Notes under the pieces: model-generated
Told to the model about the DNA's origin: nothing
The model's input: only the letters and a program-made list of their open reading frames with translations
Databases searched by the model: none
Origin: Octopus vulgaris
Lineage: Eukaryota
Reading direction: 5' to 3'
Assembly: GCA_951406725.2 (NCBI GenBank)
Contig: OX597818.1
Coordinates: 122,140,001-122,204,000, forward strand
DNA: 64,000 bases
Made by a program: the position numbers and the translations under genes
In this document: one piece after another, positions 1 to 13,721 of the stretch
How the letters are laid out: each line of letters begins with the position of its first letter
How positions within the stretch are numbered: position 1 is the first letter of the stretch

Positions 1-22
1 TCTCTCTCTATATATATATATG

Positions 23-72
<50 letters not shown>

Positions 73-457
73 CCATAGATATAGTGATCATGTATTATAT
101 ACATGTACACATTCTTATGTCTGTGAGTGTGTAACCATCAAGGTGTCCTACAAGATACATTGAGGTAAATAATCAATATGTTACATTTTAGCTACTTACC
201 TCCTGTTTGTTTAATTTACATACAGGCAAAAATCACAGCTCTGATTACCTGCTGAGTTACTGTTCCCTCTCGGTGATTAAAAATCTCGCAAACACGAACA
301 AAAATTGCATTGCTTAGGTTAACGTGTGTCTATCTGCCAAGTTTGGTGAATATGATGAAAACATGTAGGCATATATAAATACACATATGCATAGCTGCAT
401 ACACGCATGTGTGTGTGTGCATGCATATATATATACACGCGCACATATATGTATATC

Positions 458-500
<43 letters not shown>

Positions 501-1124
501 ATACACAGAAACGGTGGGAAACACATATAAAAGAGATGCACACCAAACAGCTAATGTCAGGTGGAAAGGCAAAAGAGACCTATAGAATAATTAACTGACT
601 TAACCCCACCCCACCAAAAAAGCCCCCAAATAAATGACTTCACTTTCTCAGGGAAAAGTTGACACAAATGAGAAACTAATAGGCCAGCACAGTTTTACAA
701 CTCAGATGCAGCCAATGTTTCTAATTTTGAGAATGTAAATATTTGCTGTTTTTCATTAATTTTTCTACTGTCAGCTTTTCCCTGAAGAAAGAAATCTGTC
801 CGAAGCGTTACATTTTGTACTTTTAACGGCAAATTCACTGTACTAACTATATCGATTTTACTACATAATAAATGTCTTACTAGAAAAGAGCAACACGGGT
901 CTCTTTGAATTTTGTTTCAGCGTATATATATATATGTATATGTGTATACATATGTGCGTGTGTGTGTGTATGTGTGCGTATAAGTGCCAACGCACAGAAC
1001 ACTCGGACCTTGAGCCACTCTATTACTTCTAGATATTAATAAAAATATACATATACTCATATTTTCAGTTCTATTGTTCCTGTTTGCATCACCATACCTA
1101 TATATGTATGTGTGTGTATGCATT

Positions 1125-1136
1125 TGTATGTGTGTG

Positions 1137-1222
<86 letters not shown>

Positions 1223-1240
1223 TATGTATGTGTGTGTGTC
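1125..1240. repeat. (GT)n microsatellite, representative of dozens of (TA)n, (CA)n, (TACA)n, (TAGA)n, (GA)n and (TAA)n tracts in the window
   Basis: Direct reading. These tracts generate the [12 protein letters not shown]-type ORFs in the ORF track. Confidence 0.99.
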
Positions 1241-1728
1241 TGTGTCTGTCCCGCATAACTTACCGGCTCAGCAAGACAAATTGATAGACTAAGCACCGGC
1301 CTTAACAAAATAAAAATACGTACCGATATAGATTCGTTTGACTAAAATTCTTCTAGCAGATGCCCCAGCATGGTCGCAATGAAATGACTAGGTGATAACT
1401 GATAACGGATAAAAGCAAGTTTCTTGAAATTATTTGAAAATTTCCCCGTTATTTTTTCCTATCGTTTTCTAATGTACTTTTATACAACAAAACATATTGA
1501 ATAGTTTCATTTTTCAAAATTTATAACTCCAATTCATTTCCATTTATATATTCTTGCTAATTCAATTCCCACATAGTCTACATCCACTTATTAATATAAA
1601 TGTATGCTAGGGGACCTTTACCCTATCTGATAATCATTTTCATACGATTGAAGATGAAAATTTTTGGTACCTAAATCGGTAATGGACTGTTTCAGCTATT
1701 GTTATAATGTGTGCGTGTGTGTACGGGC

Positions 1729-1788
<60 letters not shown>

Positions 1789-2547
1789 CTGTATGTGTGT
1801 GTGTATGAAATATATTTATATATATATTTATATATATATTTATATGTATATATATATATATATGCTCAGCTTTCTGTCTAACGATCTCTTAAACTCACTC
1901 CACCATTTTTGAGTGTGTGTTTCATTTTATATACTCACAATTACACACACACATACGTACATACATATATACAATCACACACACATATATACATATATAA
2001 TACACATAAATGTATGTGTGTGTGGAGCTAGCTAACAGCAAGTTAGCTAGCGACACACGCGAATAAATCATGAGTGTAAGAGAAAAGAAAGAAGTTAGAG
2101 AGTAAACGGTTCAGAGAATATTAAAGTAGATGGCGGGATATGATATAGTTAACGAGGATATCCGAGGAAAGGAGAAATAAAAAGGAAAAAATGAAAAAGA
2201 ATAGTTGAAAGAAGTGGAGGGAGGAACGATGGAAGTGAAAGAGATAGAAATTGAGCATAAGTATGAGATAAGCAATAGGCAGATAAATAAGAAAAGAGAA
2301 AGCAAAATCAAATAATGAAATAAAGAAATGAAAAATAGAGAATCGCATGAATAGTTAATAGGGTTTGCTTGCACATTTACAAATATAAAGGTGTTTCATC
2401 GAAACATTTCCAATCGGAATGGTGAATATCGAGAATAGCTTTTATTCACACATGCACCCATGCACACGCACGCAAACATACACGTACACATGCACACAAA
2501 CACACACAGAGATACATGCAAAACAGCCTACACATCCACTCTCTCTC

Positions 2548-2594
<47 letters not shown>

Positions 2595-2752
2595 ATATAT
2601 ATATATATATACATGTGCGTGTGTGTTTGTGTGTCTGTCTGGCCTGTGTGAGTATGTGTATATGTATATATATATGTGTGTGTGTGTGTGTGTAATTATA
2701 TCTAAAAACGCATATACATATATTCACACATGCATATATATATACATGCATG

Positions 2753-2785
<33 letters not shown>

Positions 2786-2790
2786 TTATG

Positions 2791-2836
<46 letters not shown>

Positions 2837-4627
2837 GAGAGAGAGATAGATAGATAGATAGATAGAAATATACACATATATACATACATATATCTATACA
2901 TATATATATATGCATATGCACATGCTTAGTTGTATATACATACATATATATATGTGTGTATGTATCTACGAATATATGTATATACATATAGGCAGACGTA
3001 TAACTCATATGCAAATCTTGTGTAGTTCTCTTTCTAATTACAAACGTATATATATAGAAAAAATATCAATTGAGCTCTTTGTAGACAAGATTTGATGAGG
3101 ACAGCTTTCCATATTTATATGCTACTATATTTATAGTATATATTTATATTATATTATATTTATATTATTATTAGAGCGCTTTTGAATACATAGCAACTTC
3201 ATTTGGCTCTTTTACGAATGAAATTCATGTTTTGACGACATTAATATATGTAATGCTTTGATGTAAAATGTATAGCTTCATCTTTTTATATTCGATTAAT
3301 TTGAACCGGTACATTGCAGTATATAGTCTTCAATTTTCAGGGGAAAAAATGAACAGAACTTCGATTTCTTTGTAATTCGAAATCGGAAACTGAAGATATG
3401 AGAAAAGCAACGAATGTCAGATATCGATTTATTATCTCCCGCTCACAGGAAGAGCAGTGGAAACATGTGATATATATGTTCTCGCATGTCCAACAGTATC
3501 ATACGCGAAAGAAAAATGGCTACACAGAAACAAAAATCGTAATTTGGTCACGTGCTTAACTAGCCGGAAGCTTACCTCAATTCAATGTCGATCTCTAAAC
3601 AAATATAAAGTTTTACGGTAATGTATGTGACGACTTTTAATTAAATTTGTTGAAAGTATATAGCTGGTAGCACCCTCCTTACACAGTACAAACACACCAC
3701 GCGCCCCACATACATTGTATCTTGTAAAACCTCCTATTGATAAAGATGCTATAACTACTGTATATGGATTTGTATCCAGATTTTGTAAATGTCAAATTGA
3801 ATATTTACTATCTACATACGCCTCCGGTTAAGAACAAACTTTCAATAAACTTGAATTATTCCAATTACCTCGATCTTGATTCCCAAGCTTCACACATGTA
3901 CACACACATACACACTAAGATATATATGTATGCAATATATCTTTCTATGTATTCTGATGTAATAGAAAATAAATAGAATTCTCTACACTTTAAAGTAGAG
4001 CTAAAATATTGTAATCTTACATATGGAAAACATCTGAATTAAGCTCCTATCTTTTAAACTAGTAGAGCACTCTGTGTGTAGAACATTATACATCAGTTAT
4101 GTAAATATAGCAGACTCTATGTTTGTTGTTCAGGTATTTCACAGATCACAGATCCCCAACAGTAATTTAACAACATTGCTTCCCCATCGTTTATAACATG
4201 TATAACACCAAGCTGTATTTAAAAGACCGCTATACATATGCATCTACTTCAACCACTGAAGTCAGTGAATAAAATAAAGTGGCCGAATTTCGCTCAAATC
4301 TTATCCACCTTAAAAAGAAACTAAAGAGTACGTTGGGTTATGTAGTCCAAAGTAGTACTAAAACAGCACGATCATAAAAGAAATATCTTTCATCACAGAC
4401 ATTTTTTTTCAGGGTTGACATCAGATTAAATGACGATAACCGATTTCTTTTTCCTTTATAGCATTCTGAATATTGCTGCAGTGGGATACAGTGCTCTCCA
4501 AGCAGATCTGCTAACGATAATTTTTAACGGCTTCTTTACTAAGCCAAACTTGGATGATAAAGAAATTGAAGAAACTGCATCTTTGTACTTTGATAATTCA
4601 AAATCTCTGTAGCAATGATCTTAAATA

Positions 4628-4842
4628 TTGATTTCAAATTTTGGCACAAAGCCAGCAATTTTGAGTGAGAGGGTAAGTTGATTACATCGACTCTAGTTCT
4701 CAACTGGCATTTCTTTTATCAGTCCCGAAAGAATAAAAGGCAAAATCGACCTCTGCGAAATTTGAACTCAGAACGTAAGGACGAACGAAATTCCGTTAAG
4801 CATTTTGTCCGGCGCGCTGACAATTCTGCTACTTTGCCGCTT
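4628..4842 (-). mobile_element. SINE family C copy (octopus-type, tRNA-like head)
   Basis: Minus strand reads GCGGCAAAGTAGCAGAATTGTCAGCG...ACGTTCTGAGTTCAAATTTCGCAGAGGTCGA with a B-box-like GAGTTCAAAT. Homologous to 51813-52010, 44055-44242, 12278-12390, 19650-19830 and 63945-64000. Confidence 0.8.
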
Positions 4843-6521
4843 TAATGGTCTTAAATATTAAAAATGCTAATGTGCCAGACAGCAAAAACAGTTTATTCGA
4901 AACTTTATCAAAGACTTGGAGTAAAAAAGTGACAAAGATGAAATAAAACCTCTTAGTACTTAGAAGCAGAACTTAGATAGAAAAAAAGGAAAAAATGTAA
5001 GATATTTAGTTTAGTGTTCTTCCATTACTACTATCACTGTATTCAGTACTGGACAAAGTTTTATAATTGGATCATTGTTATTTCCTTCTCAGATCAGCCT
5101 TATCCAAACCACTAATGATAAAAGACGTTCCAGCCGTAACCATCCCGTCTTTTTTTATCTTAGATAATATTATCTAATATATATCCTTCCTAGTTGGAAA
5201 GATAAGTGTGATTTGAGATTGCGAGTTGGCAGCGCCCTGACAACATGGGATAAAATGACTTACAGTACTTGCTTCGACTGCGTAGTTCGAAGTTCAAATA
5301 CTCATTTGATCAACTTCAATTTTCCTACTTTAGGGGTCGATAAATAAAGCACCAGTCCAGTTCTGGGATCGATTCTTTTTTTATCTCAGGAAAAAAGTAT
5401 TAGTGTTCACTCATGGAGAGGAGTGGGATACACCAGGATTAAAATCGCCTGAGATATGTCACATATCATGCCAGCGCACTAGTAACTCTATTAGAAGCCC
5501 AGGCCCCACTCGAAGTATGATTTGAGAGAGAAAGAAAGAGAGAGAGAGAGAGAGGGAGAGAGAGAGAAGGAGAGAGATTTCATTGCTATTTCTAGCAGAC
5601 TGACCAACCATGATAGTGGCCTCTTCATTAGCTTCTTAGTAAATTTACTCAACTTAGCCATTGTTGCACAATACTCGGCCAGCCCATCCTTGATCAAGAT
5701 GGTGCATAATAAAGTACTTTGCAGCTACGCCCATTATGAATTTTCATAAATAGACAACTTATCTTAGATTACCTTAGCCAATAAATTGCTTAAAAAGACG
5801 GTTGAAAATAACTTGGGAGAAAGAAAGAAAGAAAGAAAGAAAAAGAGAGAGAGAGAGATAAAGGGAAAAGAGGAATTTGACTGCTACTTTTAGCAGGTGG
5901 AGTGATAACGCAGAATCTTCCTCATTGCCGATAAACTGGTTAATTACAGATCTCGGTGTTTCTAATATGCTAATTAATAATTTGGATTATTTTATTTCGA
6001 CTTCTTGTTCGTTTTATTTTTTAAAATTTTATTTTCTTTGTTGTAGCCAGTGTTATGAATAAAAATAGAACTCTCTTCCTGACTTTGGCACAGACTAAAA
6101 TAACAAAAAAAATTAAAAAGTAAATCAAAAAGCCTAAAAACAGCAACAAAACAAAGAAAATCAGAAAAGAAAGTAAAAAAAAAACAACAAAAAATAAAAC
6201 GATCTGAATATGAAGCGGAAATTAGATTTTTAGAGAAGAAAGACTCTTCGAAAGTTGGTTAGATGGAGAGAGGTAACGCAGCTAGCTAACAAAATAATAT
6301 ATATATTTGAATATGAGAGAAAGAAGGAGAGTGAAAGTGAAAGTAGAAAAGAGAAGAAGAGAAAGAGGGTTTATATTAAAATATAGTTAAAAATCCATCA
6401 CTGTTCATCGATGGAACCAATGGAACCATGTCATCCATTTTAGGCCTCATTAAACTGAAGCAATGCACCGTTCAGATTTTTGAAAACATGTCCAATGAGC
6501 TTCCTGCTGACGGTAAAAAAA

Positions 6522-6548
6522 TTATCATCATCATCATCATCATCATCA

Positions 6549-6601
<53 letters not shown>

Positions 6602-6635
6602 GTTATTATTATTATTATTATTAGTAGTAGTAGTA

Positions 6636-6665
<30 letters not shown>
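6522..6665. repeat. Compound trinucleotide tract (ATC)n(ATT)n(AGT)n
   Basis: Direct reading. Confidence 0.98.
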
Positions 6666-6666
<1 letters not shown>

Positions 6667-7217
6667 GATTTTTGTTACTGTTATTATTACTATCGTTGTG
6701 ATTCATATTTTTATTACTTATTTATCATACCTATAAATCTATTTTAAAAATATATTTTATTGTTCTATGGTTTCGTTTCATTTTAGTTTCTTCTTTTTTG
6801 AGCATTGTCTTTATATATATCTGAATCGTTTCAATGCATAAAAATATTACGATGCAGATACCAGTGGAGAACCAGTGTAATGATTTTGCTCATCCAAAAC
6901 CTTCAAAAAATACAACAGTGCATTTAATTCGTTGTATCACGTGATTTATTGATCTATTGTAGTCTCGAAAATGTCGAATATAAAATCGTTACAGACATAT
7001 TTGTATGTTCCGACATACGAATTGCAATAAAAAAATAATAATAAAAGTTTGTAATGCTATTTTATGTTACGTTATGAATGTAGAAGCCACGATATAAAAA
7101 TACATTTCGGGTTATTTGTTATATTTCTATGGAATGACAACTTCACTCTGATTCCAATCAGTGCTGGATTCATTTTTTTCGAATTCTTTGAAATTAGAGG
7201 AAATTATAATAGGATTC

Positions 7218-7540
7218 ACTCGCAGGCATGAGTGTGTAATAAGAAGTTTGCTTCCGAACACAACTACATGGTTTCTGGTTCTGGTTCAGTCTTACTGGAT
7301 GACACCTTGAAAACATTTCTTCTAGTATAGATCCAGGCCAACCAAACCCTCGTGAGTAGATTTTTTGACGGAAACTGAAAGACGTCCGTCATATAAATAC
7401 ACACCGGTGTTAGTGTGTTTATATTCTCGTAGCCGTAGCAGTTCGACAAAAGAGGCCGATAGAATAAGTACGCAGCTTAAAAAATAAGTATTCAACCAAG
7501 CACTTTAGGGCGGTACCCCAGCAAATAAAAGATAAAAGAA
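7218..7540 (+). mobile_element. SINE family A copy, degenerate (tRNA head, CORE-like body)
   Basis: Contains GACGGAAACTGAAAGACGTCCGTC and GATAGAATAAGTAC, the reverse complement of segments in the minus-strand copies at 29193 and 33115. Confidence 0.7.
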
Positions 7541-9983
7541 GCAATTACGATGAATATAAAAACATCTTGTTGAACTCTAAGGTTTGTCTAAATCACAAAT
7601 TCTGAGTATCTTCAGATGACAATCCATACAGTTTGTATTGATGAGAAAAGGCATTGCTATGATCCTTTCAGTGTCTACGGCACTGGCGTGATGTAGGGAG
7701 AGCGGGAGCTAGTTATCCACAAATCTTAATGATTTAAATGATTGCAACATATTGAATTCCTCTGCTAAAGTCATCTATGGTGTCAAATCTACCACTGATG
7801 AAGCTAACAGCTGTTTTTACAATGCTAGATGCATAGAATCGGGACAAATACTGCAGAGCATTGATTTTGGCATTTTTACTGTTCTGCCAATCCAATGTCC
7901 TGGATTGGTACTAATTTAATCAACCATAAAATGTTGAAAGGTAAAGTTAACTTCAGTGGAATTTGAACTCAGAAGGCATAAACCTGGAAACATGCTGGGA
8001 GGTATTTAGTCCGACAGTCTTACTGTTATACCTTGAGTTCCTTTTGCAGAGTTCACCGTGTCGCATTCAGAATTCAGATTAGATCTCATATCTGAAGATT
8101 GCTTACTTTCTTGCACTAATATCAAACGATCTGAAATAACTCAAGGTCATAACTTATCTTCCTTTCGGGCCAAACTATCACAGTCGATCCATTAACGCAC
8201 TGAGGATAGAATTATAATGTTAAAGCACAAAAGGTAGAAAGTGCTGATAGCAAATTTTCAAATACATAGAATTTATTGATGTATTTTCCTGAACTTGCCA
8301 GTTTGACTTTGAAAAGAAACCACTATTTGTCGCAACAGGTTGGTATGAGAGTAAGTAATACACCATATTCCTGAGGAAACACCAGCGTTATAGCTCACTG
8401 GTACAAGATTTAGAGTAGTATCTAAGGAAATACTTTATTGTTGCTTAGATCCATGTTAAACCTGGGTTGTGATGATGTCGTCGAAAGTAGACCACATCTC
8501 CACTTAGGGTGGAATTTTAATTTTATGACCTCCCTCTCCTCACAAGGTAGAAAATACTAACGGAAGAATGAGAGCTCCAAATGATCTTTCTATAGTAATT
8601 TCTTAATAGTTGTTTATTGTTTTCTAATGGAATGGCATTTCGGACTGTTAACCTCATCTCTGCGAGTACAAACCAAAAATATACCATAGCACCACTGTTA
8701 ATAATACGGTGCATGAAACTTCCCATACATTTTTCGGTTGTTGTAGGAAAGAAGGATGCAGACTACGGACTGTAAGATAGGAAATATGTTTCTTCTTCAT
8801 ACTGCTTCGTTGGTATTTTGATGCTTAAAGCTCTTTTTATACACTTTTGAAATTGTTAGCGTTCTAAGCACCGTTTCTATGGCACCAGAAATATTTTTCT
8901 AAAAGCTAACGTAGTACTTTGGTTAGAGAACAAATACTAGTTAGAAATGTGTGTGAAAGCACTGTGCAATTGATGGGTCGGATATATTTTAAGAGCAGCT
9001 AATGTAATAAATGATAACAATGCATGTCTCTGCCTTCAAGCTGCACACTTGGTACAGTTTATGAGTAAAAGTCAGACTTCTTAGATTAGATTCACTGGGT
9101 TTCTTGTAGTTTCAGCTTAGTGATCAATATCAATATGATTCACTGGATGATCAATTATCAAGCAAAGTGTAAATTTGTTTATTTAATTCGGAATAGCATG
9201 TAAGGATTTGCTTGCTAGATGTGTTTGGCACAAGCTAAAAACAACAGCAGCAACAACAGTAGTAACACCAACAGCAACAAGAGCAGAAAGAACAATACTA
9301 ACAACAAACTTAATAACAACAACAACAACAAAAAATAACGAAATCGATTTATAATATATGATTCATTGTGTAAAATGGAAATTTCCTGTTTTGTTCGTTT
9401 AAAATTCAGCCAATGAAAATTATCTTTCTCTAATGTATTTTTCTATTTGTTTTAAGACAAAGGGAAAAGAAAATGAATAAAAAGAGAGAATATAAACCTT
9501 TTAGTTATTATTTTATTCATTCTTTTGGCTCTTGGTCTGTTAGTTATACGTAACTATGTCTGCCAACTTGGGTAATATCTTTGTAGCTAGAAGCTTAAAA
9601 TGAACTGCTGCTCATCCTCTTATCTCGCTAACACCAGACGGTAAGAAAATACAACAAATTTAGCAGTGACTGCTACTGAAATGTACCATGGATCGTGTTC
9701 AGCACAAGCTGTGGTGATGGCAATGGGGGAGAAGGTCTCTGAAATACTGACCATAATCGATAATGAAGATGCCAAATGTATAAATAGATGCTCTTTCAGA
9801 ATAAGCTAGTTTTCTCAATAAATTGTTCATTTACTAATTGGCAACAATCAAATTAGGCCACGAAAAAGATGGTTTTGTAATCTTCTTTTGGTTTATCAAC
9901 AAGAACGTAACTTTCTACGCGTCTTTTGCAAATATGAAACATTCAATAATTTCTTCTTGCTTGTTGTATCTCCATGTATGAAG

Positions 9984-10295
9984 GTGGAGGCACATGGCCT
10001 AATGGTTAGAGCAACGGACTCGCGGTCGAGGGATCACGGGTTCGAATCTCAGACCGGACGATGTGTGTGTTTAGGAGCGAAACACCTAAGCTCGAACGCG
10101 CCTCCTGCAGAAGGTAATGGCGAAACTTCTGCTGACTCTTTCGCCCCAACTTTCTCTCACTCTGTCCTCCTACATCTTGCAGCTCACCTGTGACGGACCG
10201 GCGTCCCCTCCAGGTGGGAAACCTATACGCCAAGAAACCGGGAAACCGGGCCTTATGAGCCAGACATGGCTCGAGAAGGAACAAACAACAACAAC
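9984..10295 (+). mobile_element. SINE family B copy (tRNA head, MetaSINE-like 3' part, (ACA)n tail)
   Basis: A box TGGCCTAATGG, B box GGTTCGAATCTC, 3' part GACGGACCGGCGTCCC...GAAACCGGGAAACCGGGCC, ends in ACAACAACAAC. Confidence 0.85.
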
Positions 10296-10645
10296 ATGTA
10301 TGAAACAATAAGATAAAACTAGTAACATTGGCAAGGACATGTGGCTTAATGGCTAAGACATTCAGCTCACGGTCATAAGTGCAATTTCCGGAGAGAGTGT
10401 TTAGAAGTTACTTTATCTACAGTGCAGCATTTCATTTCGCATTACTCTAGTTTACTCATATGTAGAGAGCTACTCATGTACGCTCATGTTGCAGCTCTCT
10501 CCCTCACTCTCTCTCATCTCAGGTTCCATATCCTGGGTATTCTACTGTATGAAACATGAGGGAGTTGACAGAATGTCTTTGTTTACTTTCAACTAGGTGT
10601 ATATATATATATATATATCTATATATATATATATATATATATATA

Positions 10646-10897
10646 CTGTTGTGTCTGGGGAGAGTCATTCTCTTTTAGTGCCTTATTATTTAACACACTC
10701 ACCGGTAAAATTTCCACTTATTTCTCATTTTTATTTTCTAATAGTCTTGACTAAGAGTCAAGACTATTGAAAATTTTAAAAAATAAAAATAAGAAACAAG
10801 TGGAAATTTTACGGACTCTCCCCAGACACAACAGAATATGCTTCAACACACGAACTCATATAAAGAATCTTGCAAACAAAATAAAAAGACGAAATAT
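10646..10897. mobile_element. Foldback (inverted-repeat) element inserted in (TA)n
   Basis: Perfect 21-bp IR 10646-10666/10814-10834, inner imperfect arms about 10705-10737/10780-10812, central palindrome AATAGTCTTGACT-aag-AGTCAAGACTATT (10740-10768). (TA)n on both sides. Confidence 0.8.
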
Positions 10898-10912
10898 TAT
10901 ATATATATATAT

Positions 10913-10951
<39 letters not shown>

Positions 10952-11453
10952 CTGAAAGCATGGCACATACTTCCAATCCATGCTTCCCCCACGAGTGATA
11001 ACAAGCTTTACAGAGCTGTATGTATTTCTGTTCGAGCTTATAACTTTCTTTAAGCATCCTCGATATATTATTTTTTGTGGTGAGACAAACAAATATGTTG
11101 AGTATTTAACGGAATGTTTTTTTTTCCTCGGTCATGGAGAGTAGATTTTTACTTCCATTATCAGGCGTTTTAAGTAATTCTACACCAAATACATAATTCT
11201 AAACACGTTGACTCGTTCAGATGAACAAAATACAAATGAAAAAATAGATAAAATAAGACAAAACACCCTCAGGTTTCTGTGCAAATGTTATCTAGCAACA
11301 AATTTATATATGATCAAAGAAAAACATTTTATCTCATCCATTCAATAGTGGAGAAAGCTTATCTAAGAATGCGCACGCACACATAGACACACACACTCAC
11401 GCCTAACACATGCACATGTGTGTGTATGAATGTATGTATGTATGTATGTATGC

Positions 11454-11492
<39 letters not shown>

Positions 11493-12768
11493 CATACTTA
11501 TATATGCATACGCATTCACAAGACACACACATATAGACATTTGAAGTTCCTAAAAGGATTATCTTCTGCTTATGTATGTATGTATGTATGTATGTATGTA
11601 TGTATGTATGTATGTATGTATGTATGTATGTATGTATATATGCTTTTATTATTGTTTAGATTCCCTCTTATGTGAATTGCTATCTGTATTATTTGAATAG
11701 GATACTGCGGCTTCGTGGTTGCGACTTGATGTATTGAAGAGGTAAAAATGCTGTGTTTAATTAAAATTATTTACATTCTATAGAACCTACAAGTCAGTAA
11801 TTTTCTTGCTGTTATGAAACTAAGATTAAATGATAGCAATATCGAAATTTCTTTACGTCCTAATTCAATTCGCTGGTAAGACTTCTTCTAAGAACTCACT
11901 ACACTACATACACTTGTCTTTCGAAGCATATCGTCTCTTCGTTTCATTTGCCATTCATATAGTGCTTTCGATTTCTATGAACTATCACCTCGTGTTCTCC
12001 ACCCAAATTCTTCGAAATCTAATCCTTCGCTCCGGTTAACTTTTCTGTAGCTAATTCCCTAAGTTACTCCTATATTCCGCCAATTCTCAAATCGACAACG
12101 TTGTGAAACTTCTGTTCTAATCATGGCTTCTCTTCCGGCCTTAACCTGACTATCAATAATAGTCAATAGGTACATAGAAAAGCCCCCAAATTCAACTGTC
12201 CTATTTCCCGTTGGCCACGGTTCTACTACTGAAGCAAAGAAAACATTTTATTACTCACTAGTAAGAATACAAACACACGGTGGCGAGCTGGAAAACATTG
12301 TTTGCACGACGAGCGAAATGCTTAGCGATATTTCATCCGTCTTTACGTTCTATGTTCAAATTCTGTTGAAGTAGACATTCCCTTTTATGCGTGTACCAAA
12401 ATTTGAATATAATATAAGCATACATACACACACCTACTGCGACCAGTACCTTTGTAGAGCTTGCAACATACTGGATATCAAAGAGGCCGGTAAGTGGATA
12501 ACGTCACCAAGTTGCTTATTTGAGCGGTAGACGTTGACTCAAGATATAGTGCTTGCTGCCAGGCGTAGCGCTAAATGGACACAAGCTGTGGGGTTCATCA
12601 ACCTTGGGTGGATCATATTGCTGAAGATAGTTGAAAATCCGAAACATCACTGATGTATCCAGGTGCGTCAAAGGTGATTCATGAGAATGTGTGTGTGTGT
12701 GAATGTGTCTGACTGTGTGTGTATTTGAGTGTGTACACACACATATATAATATATATATTTATGTATG

Positions 12769-12805
<37 letters not shown>

Positions 12806-12820
12806 GATATATATATACAT

Positions 12821-12873
<53 letters not shown>

Positions 12874-12960
12874 CATAAATGAGGGCAAAGGAAAATTTTC
12901 TAATGCCAAATATGCCGAAAAATTGGACATATTGTCCATTAACCATATAAATTTTTCACA

Positions 12961-12991
<31 letters not shown>

Positions 12992-12998
12992 TATATAA

Positions 12999-13280
12999 AA
13001 GATTAATAAGTTGTCCCTACTTTCGTAACGCGGAGTAGATAAAACAGGGGACAACAGATGAAGGGAATGTTCTTTATGTTGCCTGTCTCGTTTCCCTGTT
13101 TGTTTCTTTCTTTCGATGTTCGAAAAAATATCCGTTTGCTATGTTTTTGTTTTTTTCTTATCGTTTCTCACTGTGTCTATGTTTTTTTTATGTTTCTGTA
13201 TCCATATATGCATGTATATATACATATATATGTAGGTATGTACATATATGTATGTATATATGCATATATTTTCATATCAT
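12999..13280 (+). mobile_element. Short non-coding repeat family D inserted in (TA)n, copy 1
   Basis: Shares GACAAC(T/A)GATGAAGGG..GTTCTTTATGTT with the copy at 47178. Shares the TTCTTTATGTT segment, T-rich body and CCATATATGC...GTATG..CATATATGTATGTATATATGCAT-like tail with copies at 22891 and 47178. Confidence 0.75.
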
Positions 13281-13293
13281 ATACATACATACA

Positions 13294-13329
<36 letters not shown>

Positions 13330-13349
13330 CATATTTGTGTGTGTGTGGG

Positions 13350-13721
13350 GGCACTCCGATGGCTACGATGATGAGGGTTCCAGTTGATCCGATCAACGGA
13401 ACAGCCTGCTCGTGAAATTAACGTGCAAGTAGCTGAGCACGGCGCAGATACGTGTACCCTAAACGTAGTTCTCGGGAAGATTTAGTACAACAGAGGTTGT
13501 GATAAGGGTGGCCCTTTGAAATATAGGTACAAGAGAAACAGGAAGAAAGGATGGGAGAAAGCTGTGGTGAAAAAGTACGGTAGGGTTTGCAACCACCCCT
13601 TGCTGGAGCCTCGTGGAGCTTTAGGTGTTTTCACTCAATAAACACTCACAACGCCCTGTCTGGGAATTGAAACTGCGATCCTACGACCGCAAGTTCGCTG
13701 CCCTAACCACTGCGCCTCCAC
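13350..13721 (-). mobile_element. SINE family B copy with an alternative 3' tail
   Basis: Minus-strand head GTGGAGGCGCAGTGGTTAGGGCAGCG...GTTTCAATTCCCAGAC matches 9984 and 29899. The downstream half differs. Confidence 0.85.

Noticed and set aside
775-815. CTGAAGA-aagaaatctgtcc-GAAG-CGTTA hammerhead-like string
   Set aside because: GAAA is altered and no stem I or convincing stem II forms.
12615-12655. CTGAAGA-tagttgaaaatcc-GAAAC-ATC
   Set aside because: Stems I and II are too weak to distinguish it from chance.
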